DNA of 49,655 bases from an uncultured Candidatus Saccharibacteria bacterium (GTDB lineage: Bacteria; Patescibacteriota; Kazan-3B-28): contig CAYSVM010000003.1 in NCBI GenBank assembly GCA_964434605.1, positions 1 to 49,655 of the forward strand. Reading direction: 5' to 3'. Below the pieces are notes generated by a model. That model did no database searches and was not told the DNA's origin. It was given only the letters and a program-made list of their open reading frames with translations. Positions 18,778 to 28,977 of the stretch are shown in pieces (position 1 is the stretch's first letter; each line of letters opens with the position of its first letter). A program made the translations under genes and the position numbers.

Positions 18778-19056
18778 TTATTTATTCTCTTCAAATAGGG
18801 TTATTCTGTCTCCTGCTTTTAGGGTAACAACTGCTTTGCGACGAGTAGCCCTGGTTCCTGCTTGGCGACGAAACTTTTTCATCTTTCCAGCTAGGTTGAT
18901 GATATTCACATCTGTTACTTTTACTTTGAATAGGTTTTCTACAGTTTTTGCAACTTGTTCTTTGTTAGCAGTCCCAGTTACTAGAAAAGTATACTTATTC
19001 ACCACTCCTTGGGCGATGCTTTTTTCTGAAATAATTGGGCGTTTGATTACAGGCAT
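18778..19056 (-). CDS. rplW: 50S ribosomal protein L23
   Basis: IKRPIISEKS...KYTFLV pattern, in the conserved position. Confidence 0.93.
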   Translation of the reverse strand: MPVIKRPIISEKSIAQGVVNKYTFLVTGTANKEQVAKTVENLFKVKVTDVNIINLAGKMKKFRRQAGTRATRRKAVVTLKAGDRITLFEENK

Positions 19057-19058
19057 TT

Positions 19059-19694
19059 TTAAACTTTCAATTTCTTCTTTAGATCAGTGTAGGAATCGTT
19101 TATAAAAATAATTCTTCTTGCAGCCATAATATCTAATGCATTCAGTCTATTCACGACAGTAACTTTTACTCCTGAGGCATTGCGTAATACTTTGGCAAGA
19201 CTTGAAACGGGGATAACTACTAGTACTGGAGCGACAGACAAGGCATCTGATAACTGCTGCAATGCAGATTTCGTCTTAGTGGTGTTTGCATCTACATTAG
19301 CTGTTCCCACTTTTCCTGCTTGGATCTTTAGACGCAAGGCTCCCAGAAGTGCTTGGCGACGCATATTGGTAGTAAGCTTTTGTTGGTAATTCTTAGTCTT
19401 TAGAGGACCAAAGATTACGCCACCACCTCTCCATAAAGGAGTACGACTGGAACCAACTCGAGCACGACCAGTGCCTTTCTGGCGCCATGGTTTCTTGCCT
19501 CCTCCTCTTACCTCTCCTCGTCTTTTGGCATTGGCAGTAGCACGATGTTGGTTGGCTTGGAGAGCTAGAGCAATTTCACGCAAGACTTGAGGACGTACGA
19601 CAATATCTTTCATTTCATTATCTGCAACCACTTCCCAAGTAGAAGCTACAGAAGCATCTTTTTTAGATACAGGTTGTTTTGTTTCTTTAGCCAT
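19059..19694 (-). CDS. rplD: 50S ribosomal protein L4
   Basis: [35 protein letters not shown] motif. Confidence 0.95.
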   Translation of the reverse strand: MAKETKQPVSKKDASVASTWEVVADNEMKDIVVRPQVLREIALALQANQHRATANAKRRGEVRGGGKKPWRQKGTGRARVGSSRTPLWRGGGVIFGPLKTKNYQQKLTTNMRRQALLGALRLKIQAGKVGTANVDANTTKTKSALQQLSDALSVAPVLVVIPVSSLAKVLRNASGVKVTVVNRLNALDIMAARRIIFINDSYTDLKKKLKV

Positions 19695-20259
19695 GAAGTT
19701 TTACGGAAACTAATTGCTTATTTGCTCCTGGAATATTTCCAGAAACTGCGAGTAAATTATTTTCTTTGTCTACTGCAATGATTTCCAAATTCTTTATTGT
19801 CACCTGGGTCGCACCCATGTGGCCACCCATTCGGCGACCTTTGATTACACGAGCAATACCCATTGGACCAAGAGAACCAGGAGCCCGATGGTGGTCATGA
19901 CCATGGCCCATTGGACCGCGAGAAAAACCATGTCGCTTTACCGTACCAGCAAATCCTTTGCCTTTGGTAATACCAGTTACTTCAACTTTGTCTCCGATAT
20001 TAAAAATGTCTACCAAGATGCTGTCTCCAACTTTGTACTCACCTTCTGGGAAACGGAATTCTTTTGCCTGCATTTGACAAGTACCTTTGCCCTTGGATTT
20101 GGTCGCAGAGATTTGCAATGCAAAATATCCATCTTTTTCGGCTGTTTTTATCTGCTTAATTACATTGGGCACAGCTTGCAGGATGGTGATTGCCCGAACT
20201 TTGCCGTCTTTGGCAACGCTTTGGGCCATCATGATTTTTTTTGCGATCAATCCTTTCAT
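19687..20259 (-). CDS. rplC: 50S ribosomal protein L3
   Basis: MKGLIAKKIMMAQS... and FAGTVKRHGFSRGPMGHG motifs. Confidence 0.95.
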   Translation of the reverse strand: MKGLIAKKIMMAQSVAKDGKVRAITILQAVPNVIKQIKTAEKDGYFALQISATKSKGKGTCQMQAKEFRFPEGEYKVGDSILVDIFNIGDKVEVTGITKGKGFAGTVKRHGFSRGPMGHGHDHHRAPGSLGPMGIARVIKGRRMGGHMGATQVTIKNLEIIAVDKENNLLAVSGNIPGANKQLVSVKLHG

Positions 20260-20269
20260 ATAAACCTTT

Positions 20270-20299
20270 CTTCTGGTCCCATTGAGCGGGACGCAGAAG
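20270..20299 (-). promoter_or_regulatory. stable RNA hairpin in the rpsJ-rplC spacer
   Basis: Plus sense: CTTCTGGTCCC-attgagc-GGGAC(g)CAGAAG. That is an 11-bp stem with one bulge and a 7-nt loop. In the mRNA sense the 3' arm ends 10 nt before the rplC ATG. Confidence 0.5.
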
Positions 20300-20323
20300 C
20301 AACAATATTCTTTCTTATATTAT

Positions 20324-20704
20324 CTACATCTTTACGTCGATGCTGACTCCGGCCGGCAAACTTAGATTGGTCAGAGAATCGATAGTCTTTGCAGTGGGGT
20401 CAACAATTTCAATCAATCGACGGTGGATTCTCATTTCGAACTGGTCACGAGAATCTTTATGCACGAATGTGGACTTTAGGACGGTGTAAACTTTTTTGTC
20501 AGTAGGTAGGGGAATTGGTCCCAATACTACTGCGCCGGTTCGTTCAGCAGTTTCGATGATAAGACGAGCCGACCGATCCAAAATCCGGTGATCGTAGGCT
20601 TTAAGACGAATACGAATACGTTGTTTATCCGTACGCTGGTCGGTATGTTTACCGCCTTCGATTTTAGCCTTTTTTGAATCTGATTGTGTAGGAGCTTTGG
20701 GCAT
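20324..20704 (-). CDS. rpsJ: 30S ribosomal protein S10 (N-terminal extension)
   Basis: [16 protein letters not shown]... S10 core after ~27 extra basic residues. There is no internal start that would remove the extension. Confidence 0.93.
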   Translation of the reverse strand: MPKAPTQSDSKKAKIEGGKHTDQRTDKQRIRIRLKAYDHRILDRSARLIIETAERTGAVVLGPIPLPTDKKVYTVLKSTFVHKDSRDQFEMRIHRRLIEIVDPTAKTIDSLTNLSLPAGVSIDVKM

Positions 20705-20729
20705 AGTTAGTGTGCAAGAAATTGTTTTA

Positions 20730-20756
20730 GGAGCCCGCCTGTTGAAGACGGACTCC
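20730..20756 (-). promoter_or_regulatory. stable RNA hairpin in the tuf-rpsJ spacer (S10-cluster leader)
   Basis: mRNA sense: GGAGUCCGUCU-ucaac-AGGCGGGCUCC, ~11 bp with two G-U pairs. It starts 12 nt after the tuf stop and ends 25 nt before the rpsJ ATG. No U-run follows it. Confidence 0.45.
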
Positions 20757-20768
20757 CAAACTTTTTAT

Positions 20769-21956
20769 TTACTTAATGATCTTTGAAACGACACCGGAAG
20801 CAACTGTTCTGCCGCCCTCACGGATGGCGAAACGCAATCCTTCGTCCATAGCGATTGGAGCGATCAGAACAACTTTTACTTTGGCAGTATCGCCTGGCAT
20901 AACAATTTCAGTTCCTTCGTTCAAGATAACTTCACCAGTAACATCGGTAGTGCGGAAGTAGAACTGTGGCTTGTAACCTTTGGAGAATGGAGTGTGACGT
21001 CCGCCCTCTTCTTTGCTTAGAACGTAAATCTCAGCTTCGAATTCGGTGTGTGGAGTAATACTGCCTGGTTTGGCAATAACTTGTCCGCGTTCAATTTGTT
21101 CGCGCTCAACACCACGCAAGAGCAAACCTACGTTGTCTCCAGCTTGGCCTTGATCCAGTAATTTGCGGAACATTTCAACTCCAGTAACAACCGACTTTTG
21201 AGTTGGCTTGATACCAATGATTTCAATTTCTTCGTTCACCTTGATAACACCCTGTTCTACGCGTCCGGTAGCAACAGTACCACGTCCCTTGATGGAGAAG
21301 ACATCTTCTACTGGCATAAGGAATGGTTTGTCCAAAGCACGAACTGGATCAGGAATGTAGCTGTCTAGAGCAGCAACTAAATCCATGATTGGCTTGGACG
21401 CAGCTTCATCTGTTGGGTTCTCAAGAGCCTTAAGAGCAGAACCACGGATGATTGGGGTTTCGTCTCCTGGGTAACCTTGTTTCTTCAAGAGGTCTCTGAC
21501 TTCCTGCTCGACTAGATCGATAAGCTCAGCATCGTCAACCATATCTACTTTATTCAAGAAGACAATAATTTGAGGAACACCTACCTGATGAGCAAGTAAG
21601 ATGTGTTCGCGAGTCTGAGGCATTGGACCGTCAGTGGCGGCAACTACCAAGATAGCAGCGTCCATCTGCGCGGCACCGGTGATCATGTTCTTTACGTAGT
21701 CAGCGTGTCCTGGACAGTCAACATGGGCGTAGTGACGCTTTTCTGTCTCATATTCCTGGTGAGATGTTGCAATGGTAATACCGCGCGCCTTCTCTTCAGG
21801 AGCGTTATCAATTTCGTCAAACTTGCGGGCAGTTGCCAAACCTTTACTAGCTAACACCTGAGTGATAGCAGCTGTAAGGGTGGTTTTGCCGTGGTCGACA
21901 TGACCGATTGTACCGACGTTGACGTGAACCTTATCTCGCTTAAATGCTTCAGCCAT
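20769..21956 (-). CDS. tuf: elongation factor Tu
   Basis: 395 aa; [18 protein letters not shown] and NKVD motifs. Confidence 0.98.
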   Translation of the reverse strand: MAEAFKRDKVHVNVGTIGHVDHGKTTLTAAITQVLASKGLATARKFDEIDNAPEEKARGITIATSHQEYETEKRHYAHVDCPGHADYVKNMITGAAQMDAAILVVAATDGPMPQTREHILLAHQVGVPQIIVFLNKVDMVDDAELIDLVEQEVRDLLKKQGYPGDETPIIRGSALKALENPTDEAASKPIMDLVAALDSYIPDPVRALDKPFLMPVEDVFSIKGRGTVATGRVEQGVIKVNEEIEIIGIKPTQKSVVTGVEMFRKLLDQGQAGDNVGLLLRGVEREQIERGQVIAKPGSITPHTEFEAEIYVLSKEEGGRHTPFSKGYKPQFYFRTTDVTGEVILNEGTEIVMPGDTAKVKVVLIAPIAMDEGLRFAIREGGRTVASGVVSKIIK

Positions 21957-22166
21957 AATTTCCTCTCAAAAACTTCTTATAGATTAGTATAGGTGTAAAA
22001 AAGATACTTTTAGAAAATACCTAAATTTGGAGAATAAAGCAAGGGTTTTTTTGAAAATTCTTTCCATTTTCTCCTTCAAGCGTAAAAAGTCGCTCCTCTA
22101 GCGGATTTTATAAAATATCCAACTATGTAGCGGGATACTTGATATTTATATATTTTCGTGGCCTAA

Positions 22167-24239
22167 TTAGCCCTTCTTGGCGACCAACTCTGCTTGGATG
22201 TTGGCAGGCACTTTCTCGTAGTGGTCGAATTCCATGGTGTACATAGCCCTACCTTGGGACATTGAACGGAGGTTGGTGGCATAGCCAAACATTTCTGCTA
22301 ATGGAACATGGGCACGGATGACTTTGGCGTTGGTGCGGTCGGTCATTCCTTCAATTTTTCCCCGCTTAGAGTTGAGATCTCCCATTATATCACCGGCATA
22401 ATCTTCGGGAGTTACAACTTCTACTTTCATAATTGGTTCCAGCACAACAGGATTTCCTTTTCTTACACCTTCTTGTAGACACATAGAACCTGCGATTTGG
22501 AATGCCATTTCGTTAGAGTCAACTTCGTGGTAGGAGCCGTCGAACAATGTTGCACGAATATCTACTACGGGATAGCCAGCGATAACACCGCGAGTAAGAG
22601 AAGATTCCACACCTTTTTGTACAGCCGGAATATATTCGCGAGGAATAACACCACCAACAATTTTGTTCACAAATTCGAATCCGCCATCTTCTTTCGGCTC
22701 AAACTTAATAACCACATGGCCATATTGTCCGCGACCACCAGTTTGTTTGATGTACTTAGTTTCGTTGACTGCTTCTTGAGTAATGGTTTCACGGTAGGCA
22801 ACCTGCGGTTTTCCGATGTTCGCTTCAACTTTGAATTCGCGTTTCATGCGGTCAACGATAATATCCAAATGAAGTTCACCCATTCCTTCAATAATGGTTT
22901 GCCCGGAATCAGCATCGGTGTGTACACGGAAAGTTGGATCTTCTTCGGCCAATTTGCCTAGAGCCAACGCCATTTTTTCTTGGTCAGCTTTAGACTTTGG
23001 TTCTACAGCAATGGAAATAACTGGTTCAGGGAAAGTAATGGATTCTAGAATAATTGGGTGGGTTTCATCACAGAGGGTGTCTCCAGTAGTTACATCTTTC
23101 ATTCCAACCAATGCTCCTATTTCTCCAGCAAAAATCTCGTCTACTTCTTCACGGTGGTTACTGTGCATACGCAAGATACGGCTAACTCTCTCTTTTGTTC
23201 CTTTGCTGGCGTTGGTGACATATGAGCCAGATTTGAGACTGCCGGAATATACACGGAAGTAAATAAGTTTTCCAACAAATGGATCGGTAGCAATCTTGAA
23301 AGCAAGAGCGGCAAATGGTTCGCTATCCGAAGCTTTTCTGGTTATTTCTTCTCCAGTCTTGGGATCAGTTCCCGTAACAGGAGGAATATCTAGAGGATTT
23401 GGAAGATAGTCCACAACTGCGTCCAAGAGTTTCTGGACACCTTTGTTCTTTAGCGCGGAACCACACATCACCGGAACTAGTTTGCCTGCAATAATTGCAG
23501 CACGCATTGCTTTCTTTAATTCATCATTGGTAATGGATTGGTCTGCTAAAAAGCGTTCCATTAGGGAGTCTTCGGTTTCCACAATCTTTTCCAGCATTTT
23601 GTGGCGATATTCTTTCACTTGCTCTTTCATGTCTTCAGGAACATCTGTCTCTAAGACATCTTTACCTAAATCATCTTGGAAGATGTAGGCACGTTCGGTA
23701 ATGAGATCCACCAACCCTTTATATGTTTCAGCGGCACCAATAGGGAGCTGTATTGGAACAGCATTGGCACCTAGTCTATCTAAAATAGTTTTGTAGCAGA
23801 AGTAGAAGTCCGCACCCATGCGGTCCATTTTGTTCACAAAACAAATGCGTGGAACATGGTATTTGTCCGCCTGACGCCAAACTGTTTCGGATTGTGGTTC
23901 GACACCGGCAACACCATCAAATACGACTACACCGCCATCTAGTACACGAAGAGAGCGTTCAACTTCAACGGTGAAGTCCACGTGTCCAGGAGTGTCGATA
24001 ATATTAATACGAGCATCATTCCAGAAACAAGTTGTGGCAGCAGAAGTAATAGTAATCCCCCGCTCCCTTTCTTGTTCCATCCAGTCCATGACTGCTTCAC
24101 CTTCATGAACTTCGCCAATTTTGTAGGTTTTTCCGGTATAAAAAAGAATACGTTCAGAGACGGTAGTCTTTCCAGCATCAATATGGGCAATGATGCCGAT
24201 GTTCCGAGTTTGTTCTAGTGAATATTGCCTTTCTGCCAT
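22167..24239 (-). CDS. fusA: elongation factor G
   Basis: 690 aa; [17 protein letters not shown] and NKMD motifs. Confidence 0.98.
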   Translation of the reverse strand: MAERQYSLEQTRNIGIIAHIDAGKTTVSERILFYTGKTYKIGEVHEGEAVMDWMEQERERGITITSAATTCFWNDARINIIDTPGHVDFTVEVERSLRVLDGGVVVFDGVAGVEPQSETVWRQADKYHVPRICFVNKMDRMGADFYFCYKTILDRLGANAVPIQLPIGAAETYKGLVDLITERAYIFQDDLGKDVLETDVPEDMKEQVKEYRHKMLEKIVETEDSLMERFLADQSITNDELKKAMRAAIIAGKLVPVMCGSALKNKGVQKLLDAVVDYLPNPLDIPPVTGTDPKTGEEITRKASDSEPFAALAFKIATDPFVGKLIYFRVYSGSLKSGSYVTNASKGTKERVSRILRMHSNHREEVDEIFAGEIGALVGMKDVTTGDTLCDETHPIILESITFPEPVISIAVEPKSKADQEKMALALGKLAEEDPTFRVHTDADSGQTIIEGMGELHLDIIVDRMKREFKVEANIGKPQVAYRETITQEAVNETKYIKQTGGRGQYGHVVIKFEPKEDGGFEFVNKIVGGVIPREYIPAVQKGVESSLTRGVIAGYPVVDIRATLFDGSYHEVDSNEMAFQIAGSMCLQEGVRKGNPVVLEPIMKVEVVTPEDYAGDIMGDLNSKRGKIEGMTDRTNAKVIRAHVPLAEMFGYATNLRSMSQGRAMYTMEFDHYEKVPANIQAELVAKKG

Positions 24240-24254
24240 CCTGGTTGCTCTAAA

Positions 24255-24728
24255 TTAGAATCTACTGAAGTGAGCAAACGCTTGGTTGGCTTCGGCCATC
24301 CGGTGGGTTTCCTCTTTCTTCTTCATTGCATCACCGGTGCCATTGTATGCATCGATAAGCTCTTGGGTTAATTTGTCTGCAATTGGTTTGCCTTTGCGGG
24401 CTCGAGTTACCTGCACCAGCCACTTGAGGGCGATAACAGTTCTTCTGTCTGCGCTTACTTCGGTTGGTACCTGGAGGTTGGAACCACCCATGCGACGTGC
24501 TTTCAGCTGAACAGATGGGGCAATGTTGTGAATAACAGTTTCAAAAACTTCGACTGGTTCTTTGCCAAGTTTTTTGGCAGATGTTTCCAAAGCGGTATAG
24601 ACTGCTCTTTCGGCGACAGTCTTTTTACCATTGACCATTATTTTATTAATAAGACGACCGATAAGGACATTACCGTATTTGCTGTCGGCTTCGTAATTCT
24701 TAGTAATTTTTCTTTTACTTCTTGCCAT
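24255..24728 (-). CDS. rpsG: 30S ribosomal protein S7
   Basis: 157 aa in the conserved str-operon position, ending AFAHFRF-like (QAFAHFSRF). Confidence 0.95.
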   Translation of the reverse strand: MARSKRKITKNYEADSKYGNVLIGRLINKIMVNGKKTVAERAVYTALETSAKKLGKEPVEVFETVIHNIAPSVQLKARRMGGSNLQVPTEVSADRRTVIALKWLVQVTRARKGKPIADKLTQELIDAYNGTGDAMKKKEETHRMAEANQAFAHFSRF

Positions 24729-25156
24729 TATTTGCCTACTACCTCAGTTTTCTTTGTTCCATATTTACTGCGACCCTGTTTCCTATTCGCTGTACCAGCA
24801 GTATCTAGTTTTCCTCGCACTACATGGTAGCGCACACCTGGAAGGTCTTTTACTCTTCCTCCACGGATCATGACGATAGAGTGTTCTTGCAAGTTGTGGC
24901 CAATGCCAGGAATGTAGGCAGTAACTTCCATTCGGTTAGTCAGTCTTACCCTGGCAATCTTCCGCAAAGCAGAGTTTGGTTTCTTTGGGGTAATGGTGGT
25001 TACTTTTGTGCAGACTCCCCTTTTGAATGGAGAACCTTTGCTCAGTTTTACCGGCCGATTTTTGAGCGTGTTGAAACGTCGCATCATAGCAGGAGATTTG
25101 CTTTTGTGAGCAGAAGTTTTGCGACCTGATTTTAGTAATTGGTTTACTGTTGGCAT
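24728..25156 (-). CDS. rpsL: 30S ribosomal protein S12
   Basis: MPTVNQLLK...KRGVCTKV...[10 protein letters not shown]...[13 protein letters not shown] motifs. Confidence 0.97.
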   Translation of the reverse strand: MPTVNQLLKSGRKTSAHKSKSPAMMRRFNTLKNRPVKLSKGSPFKRGVCTKVTTITPKKPNSALRKIARVRLTNRMEVTAYIPGIGHNLQEHSIVMIRGGRVKDLPGVRYHVVRGKLDTAGTANRKQGRSKYGTKKTEVVGK

Positions 25157-25176
25157 ATCGTGCAGTCTATCTGATA

Positions 25177-28100
25177 TTACTCTGTTTTGTCAACCAGATC
25201 CGAGGTCTCGGTGTGGTATTCATGGAAACCTGTTCCGGCAGGAATGAGCCTTCCGACTATTACATTTTCTTTTAAGCCTTTGAGGTAATCTACTTTTCCA
25301 GCAACAGCAGCATCTACCAATACACGAGTAGTTTCCTGGAAGGATGCAGCAGAGAGGAAACTTTCGGTATTGAGAGAGGCCTTGGTAATTCCAAGAAGCA
25401 ATTGACTGGCAGTAGGTGGAGTTTTTCCTTTGGTCACAAGTTCTGCCGCAAGACGGTTGAATCTGAGACGATCCAAAACTTCTCCGACAGTAAGATCGCT
25501 ATCTCCTTCTTTTTCTATTCTTACTTTGGAAAACATTTGTCGGACAGTGATTTCCACATGTTTGTCGCTAATGTTTTGCCCCTGAAGGTTGTATATTTTC
25601 TGGATTTCATCAATGACATACCTTTGGGTTTCTTCAACGCCTTTCAGTTGCATTAGATCCTTTAGGTTCAATTGGCCTTCGGTAAGTTGCTGTCCACGTT
25701 CCACCACCTCTCCGTCTTTTACCCGCAAGAATGTTCTGGAATTCAGTTGGAATTCGTAGGCCTGTTTTTTGGTGTAGGTAAGGTAAATGGCATTTCCTTC
25801 GAGATCGATGGTTGCGTTAGTGGGAGCTTTTACTTCTTCGCCTTTTGACACCAGAAGGACATCGTTGCGCTTAACTTTGGCACCGTCTGTTACTTTTACT
25901 TCTGCGCCTTTGGGAACGGTAATATGAGCAATTGCGTTTTCGTCACCTTCTAGTCTAAGAATTTTCTTGTTACCAACTTCCATAATACTTACAGCACCAC
26001 TTACTGGGGCAAGCAAAGCTTCCGCCTTAGGATTGCGAGCTTCGAATAGTTCTTCTACTCGCGGTACACCTTGAGTAATGTCAGCAGTTGAAGCCACACC
26101 ACCAGTATGGAAAGTGCGCATGGTTAGCTGGGTTCCTGGTTCACCAATACTCTGGGCAGCAACGATTCCCACTGCTTCTCCGATATTCACCAGGTGTCCT
26201 CTGGCAAGATCCTTGCCGTAACATTTTTGGCACAAACCCCATTCCGCTTCACACCAAATTGGAGAGCGAACTATTACCGAATCTACTCCAGATTCATCGA
26301 TGGCTTTGGCGAGATCTTCGGTGATATATTCTCCTTTTGGAACAAGTACCTTGCCGTCTTTGTCCTTGATATCTTCTGCGGCATACCGGCCATCTAAACG
26401 CTTAGACAAGGGATCCATGAGGAGATCTTTTTCGTTGCGGTAAATACGAATACTTTGACTCGTACCACAATCTGATTGAGAAATAACTACGTCTTGGCAG
26501 ACATCTACTAGACGTCTAGTAAGGTAGCCTGCTTCAGAGGTACGCAAAGCAGTATCTGACAAACCTTTGCGAGCACCGTGAGTGGACAAGAAGTATTCCA
26601 GAGATTCCAAGCCTTCTTTGTAGTTGGATTTTACTGGGAGTTCGATCATGTTACCCAGAGCATTTACTTTCGTTCCAACAATTCCGACCATCTGGTTGAA
26701 TTGTTCCAATGAACCACGAGCCCCAGAGTTGATCATCATGGCAGTTGGGTTGAATAGTCTTTGTCCAACTTGGTTCTTTAGTAAAGCTTCGACTTCTTGT
26801 TTGGTCTTTCCCCAAAGACTAATAACCAGACGTCTACGTTCGTCTGCAGTAATCAGACCTTCTTTGAATTGTTGCTTGATGCTCTCTACCTTAGTATCCG
26901 TAGCAGAAACTAAGCTTTCTTTTTCGTTAGGAATTTCAAGATCCGCAGCAGAGAAAGTTGCCCCAGAAATGGTAGCGTATTTGAAACCAAGATCTTTGAT
27001 ATCATTTACCAGCTTTACTGTTCGTTCCTGAGTCTGATTCTTGTAGCAGCTAATAACGATCTTCTTCAGAGACTTCTTGTCGGCGAGATCATTGAAATAT
27101 TCAAAGTCTTGGGGAAGTACTTCGTTGAAGATTAGGCGACCGAGAGTCGTTTCTCTCACCTCACCTTTGGCCGGAACTACAATTGGGGTATGGAGGTGAA
27201 TAGCTCCATGAGCTAAAGCAAGTCGAGCTTCATCGATACCAGTAAAGATTTTCTTGTGCTGTTTTTCGTCTACTTCTCTCTTAAGAGTGAGATAGTAGCA
27301 ACCGAGGATCATATCTTGGTCCGCTAGAACAATCGGATCTCCCGTAGCTGGTTTCAAAAGATTTTTGGTGGAAAGCATAATTTCTTCTGCTTCTTTTTGG
27401 GCAGCTTCAGAAAGCGGCAAATGAATAGCCATCTGGTCTCCGTCGAAGTCGGCGTTGAAGGCAGTACAAGTAAGAGGATGCAGTTGAATCGCATTTCCTT
27501 CTACTAAGATTGGCTTGAATGCTTGGATACCTAAACGGTGCAGTGTTGGTGCACGATTAAGAAGAACATGGTAGTGGCCAATGACTGAATCTAGGGCATC
27601 CCAAACTTCGGTAGTTTCTTTTTCCACCATTTTTCCAGCAGTTTTGACATTGTGGACAATACCTTCACTTATTAGTTTGGAAATTACAAATGGTTTGAAA
27701 AGTTCTAGTGCAATGGATTTTGGAACACCACATTCATCCAGAGCAAGATTTGGACCGACAACAATTACCGAACGACCAGAGTAGTCTACACGCTTACCCA
27801 GCAAGTTCTGGCGGAAGCGACCTTGCTTTCCTTTGAGCATGTCACTCAGAGATTTGAGTTGGCGTTTGGTTGCAGTAGTAGTGGAAGTTTCACGGGCAGT
27901 GATGTCGAACAGGGCATCTACTGCTTCTTGCAACATGCGTTTTTCGTTGCGAGTGATTACTTCCGGAGCACCAATTTCCACTAGTTTTTTCAGACGGTTG
28001 TTGCGGTTGATTACTCGACGGTAGAGATCGTTTAGATCGCTGGTGGCAAAACGACCACCATCTAGTTGGACCATTGGACGAAGATCTGGAGGAATAACTG

Positions 28101-28965
28101 GCAAGACAGTAACAAACATCCAAGAAGGATGAAGACTAGATTTGAGCATGTTTTCTAGCAAACGCAGACGCTTTTGAAGACGACGATATTTCTGTCCTGC
28201 TGCTTCTGTAAGTTGAACACGGATGTCTTTTATTTCATCCTCAATGTTCATGTCTTTCACTAGTTGGAATACTGCTTCGGCACCAATACCGGCTTTGAAT
28301 ACTTGGCCGTATTTCAATGCAAGGTTGCGGTATTCATGTTCGGTAAGAATCTGCTTTAGGCGGAGATCTTTTACTTCGGCAACTGCAGTTTGGTAGGCAG
28401 CCTTCAGTTTTTCTAGTCGATCTGTAAGTTCGGCATCGTTTAGACGATTCTGTTTGTGCTCCGCTTTTAGTCTATTAGTGTGGGTCTTGTATTCTTGTTC
28501 AAGCTGACCTAGCGCTTGTTCACGGGCAGATTCATCTATATTGGTAATAATGTAGGCGGCAAAATATATTACCTGCTCTAGTCTTCTGGCAGGTACGTTC
28601 AAGGTAAGCCCCAATCTAGATGGTGTGCCACGCAAATACCAGATATGGCTTACTGGAGCGGCAAGCTGAATATGTCCCATCCGTTCACGTCGAACAGCTG
28701 CACGAGTAACTTCAACTCCGCATTTGTCGCAAGTAATACCTTTGTAGCGAATCTTCTTGTATTTTCCGCAATAACATTCCCAATCTTTGGTTGGTCCAAA
28801 AATACGTTCATCGAACAAACCATCTTTTTCTGGACGCAAAGTGCGGTAGTTAATGGTCTCGGGTTTGGTTACTTCTCCATCCGACCAATGCAAAATATGT
28901 TCGGGGGAAGCAATTCCAATCCGAATGGCCAAAAAGTCGTTAACTGAAGAAATTTCTTTGTTCAT
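25177..28965 (-). CDS. rpoC: DNA-directed RNA polymerase subunit beta'
   Basis: 1262 aa; zinc-binding CYCGKYK...CDKCGVEV, catalytic [10 protein letters not shown]. Confidence 0.98.
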   Translation of the reverse strand: MNKEISSVNDFLAIRIGIASPEHILHWSDGEVTKPETINYRTLRPEKDGLFDERIFGPTKDWECYCGKYKKIRYKGITCDKCGVEVTRAAVRRERMGHIQLAAPVSHIWYLRGTPSRLGLTLNVPARRLEQVIYFAAYIITNIDESAREQALGQLEQEYKTHTNRLKAEHKQNRLNDAELTDRLEKLKAAYQTAVAEVKDLRLKQILTEHEYRNLALKYGQVFKAGIGAEAVFQLVKDMNIEDEIKDIRVQLTEAAGQKYRRLQKRLRLLENMLKSSLHPSWMFVTVLPVIPPDLRPMVQLDGGRFATSDLNDLYRRVINRNNRLKKLVEIGAPEVITRNEKRMLQEAVDALFDITARETSTTTATKRQLKSLSDMLKGKQGRFRQNLLGKRVDYSGRSVIVVGPNLALDECGVPKSIALELFKPFVISKLISEGIVHNVKTAGKMVEKETTEVWDALDSVIGHYHVLLNRAPTLHRLGIQAFKPILVEGNAIQLHPLTCTAFNADFDGDQMAIHLPLSEAAQKEAEEIMLSTKNLLKPATGDPIVLADQDMILGCYYLTLKREVDEKQHKKIFTGIDEARLALAHGAIHLHTPIVVPAKGEVRETTLGRLIFNEVLPQDFEYFNDLADKKSLKKIVISCYKNQTQERTVKLVNDIKDLGFKYATISGATFSAADLEIPNEKESLVSATDTKVESIKQQFKEGLITADERRRLVISLWGKTKQEVEALLKNQVGQRLFNPTAMMINSGARGSLEQFNQMVGIVGTKVNALGNMIELPVKSNYKEGLESLEYFLSTHGARKGLSDTALRTSEAGYLTRRLVDVCQDVVISQSDCGTSQSIRIYRNEKDLLMDPLSKRLDGRYAAEDIKDKDGKVLVPKGEYITEDLAKAIDESGVDSVIVRSPIWCEAEWGLCQKCYGKDLARGHLVNIGEAVGIVAAQSIGEPGTQLTMRTFHTGGVASTADITQGVPRVEELFEARNPKAEALLAPVSGAVSIMEVGNKKILRLEGDENAIAHITVPKGAEVKVTDGAKVKRNDVLLVSKGEEVKAPTNATIDLEGNAIYLTYTKKQAYEFQLNSRTFLRVKDGEVVERGQQLTEGQLNLKDLMQLKGVEETQRYVIDEIQKIYNLQGQNISDKHVEITVRQMFSKVRIEKEGDSDLTVGEVLDRLRFNRLAAELVTKGKTPPTASQLLLGITKASLNTESFLSAASFQETTRVLVDAAVAGKVDYLKGLKENVIVGRLIPAGTGFHEYHTETSDLVDKTE

Positions 28966-28977
28966 AGATATGGTTTG

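Noticed and set aside
22091-22103. Hairpin CGCT-cctct-AGCG after fusA, as a possible terminator
   Set aside because: The stem is only 4 bp, with a weak U-tract in the mRNA sense. It is not convincing as an intrinsic terminator.
15237-24830. Many 60-175-aa plus-strand ORFs antisense to ribosomal-protein, tuf, fusA and rpsG/rpsL genes (for example 19819-20346, 22497-22961, 16029-16394, 15237-15635)
   Set aside because: All lie opposite highly conserved genes and lack SD or promoter context. Their compositions are typical of antisense frames.
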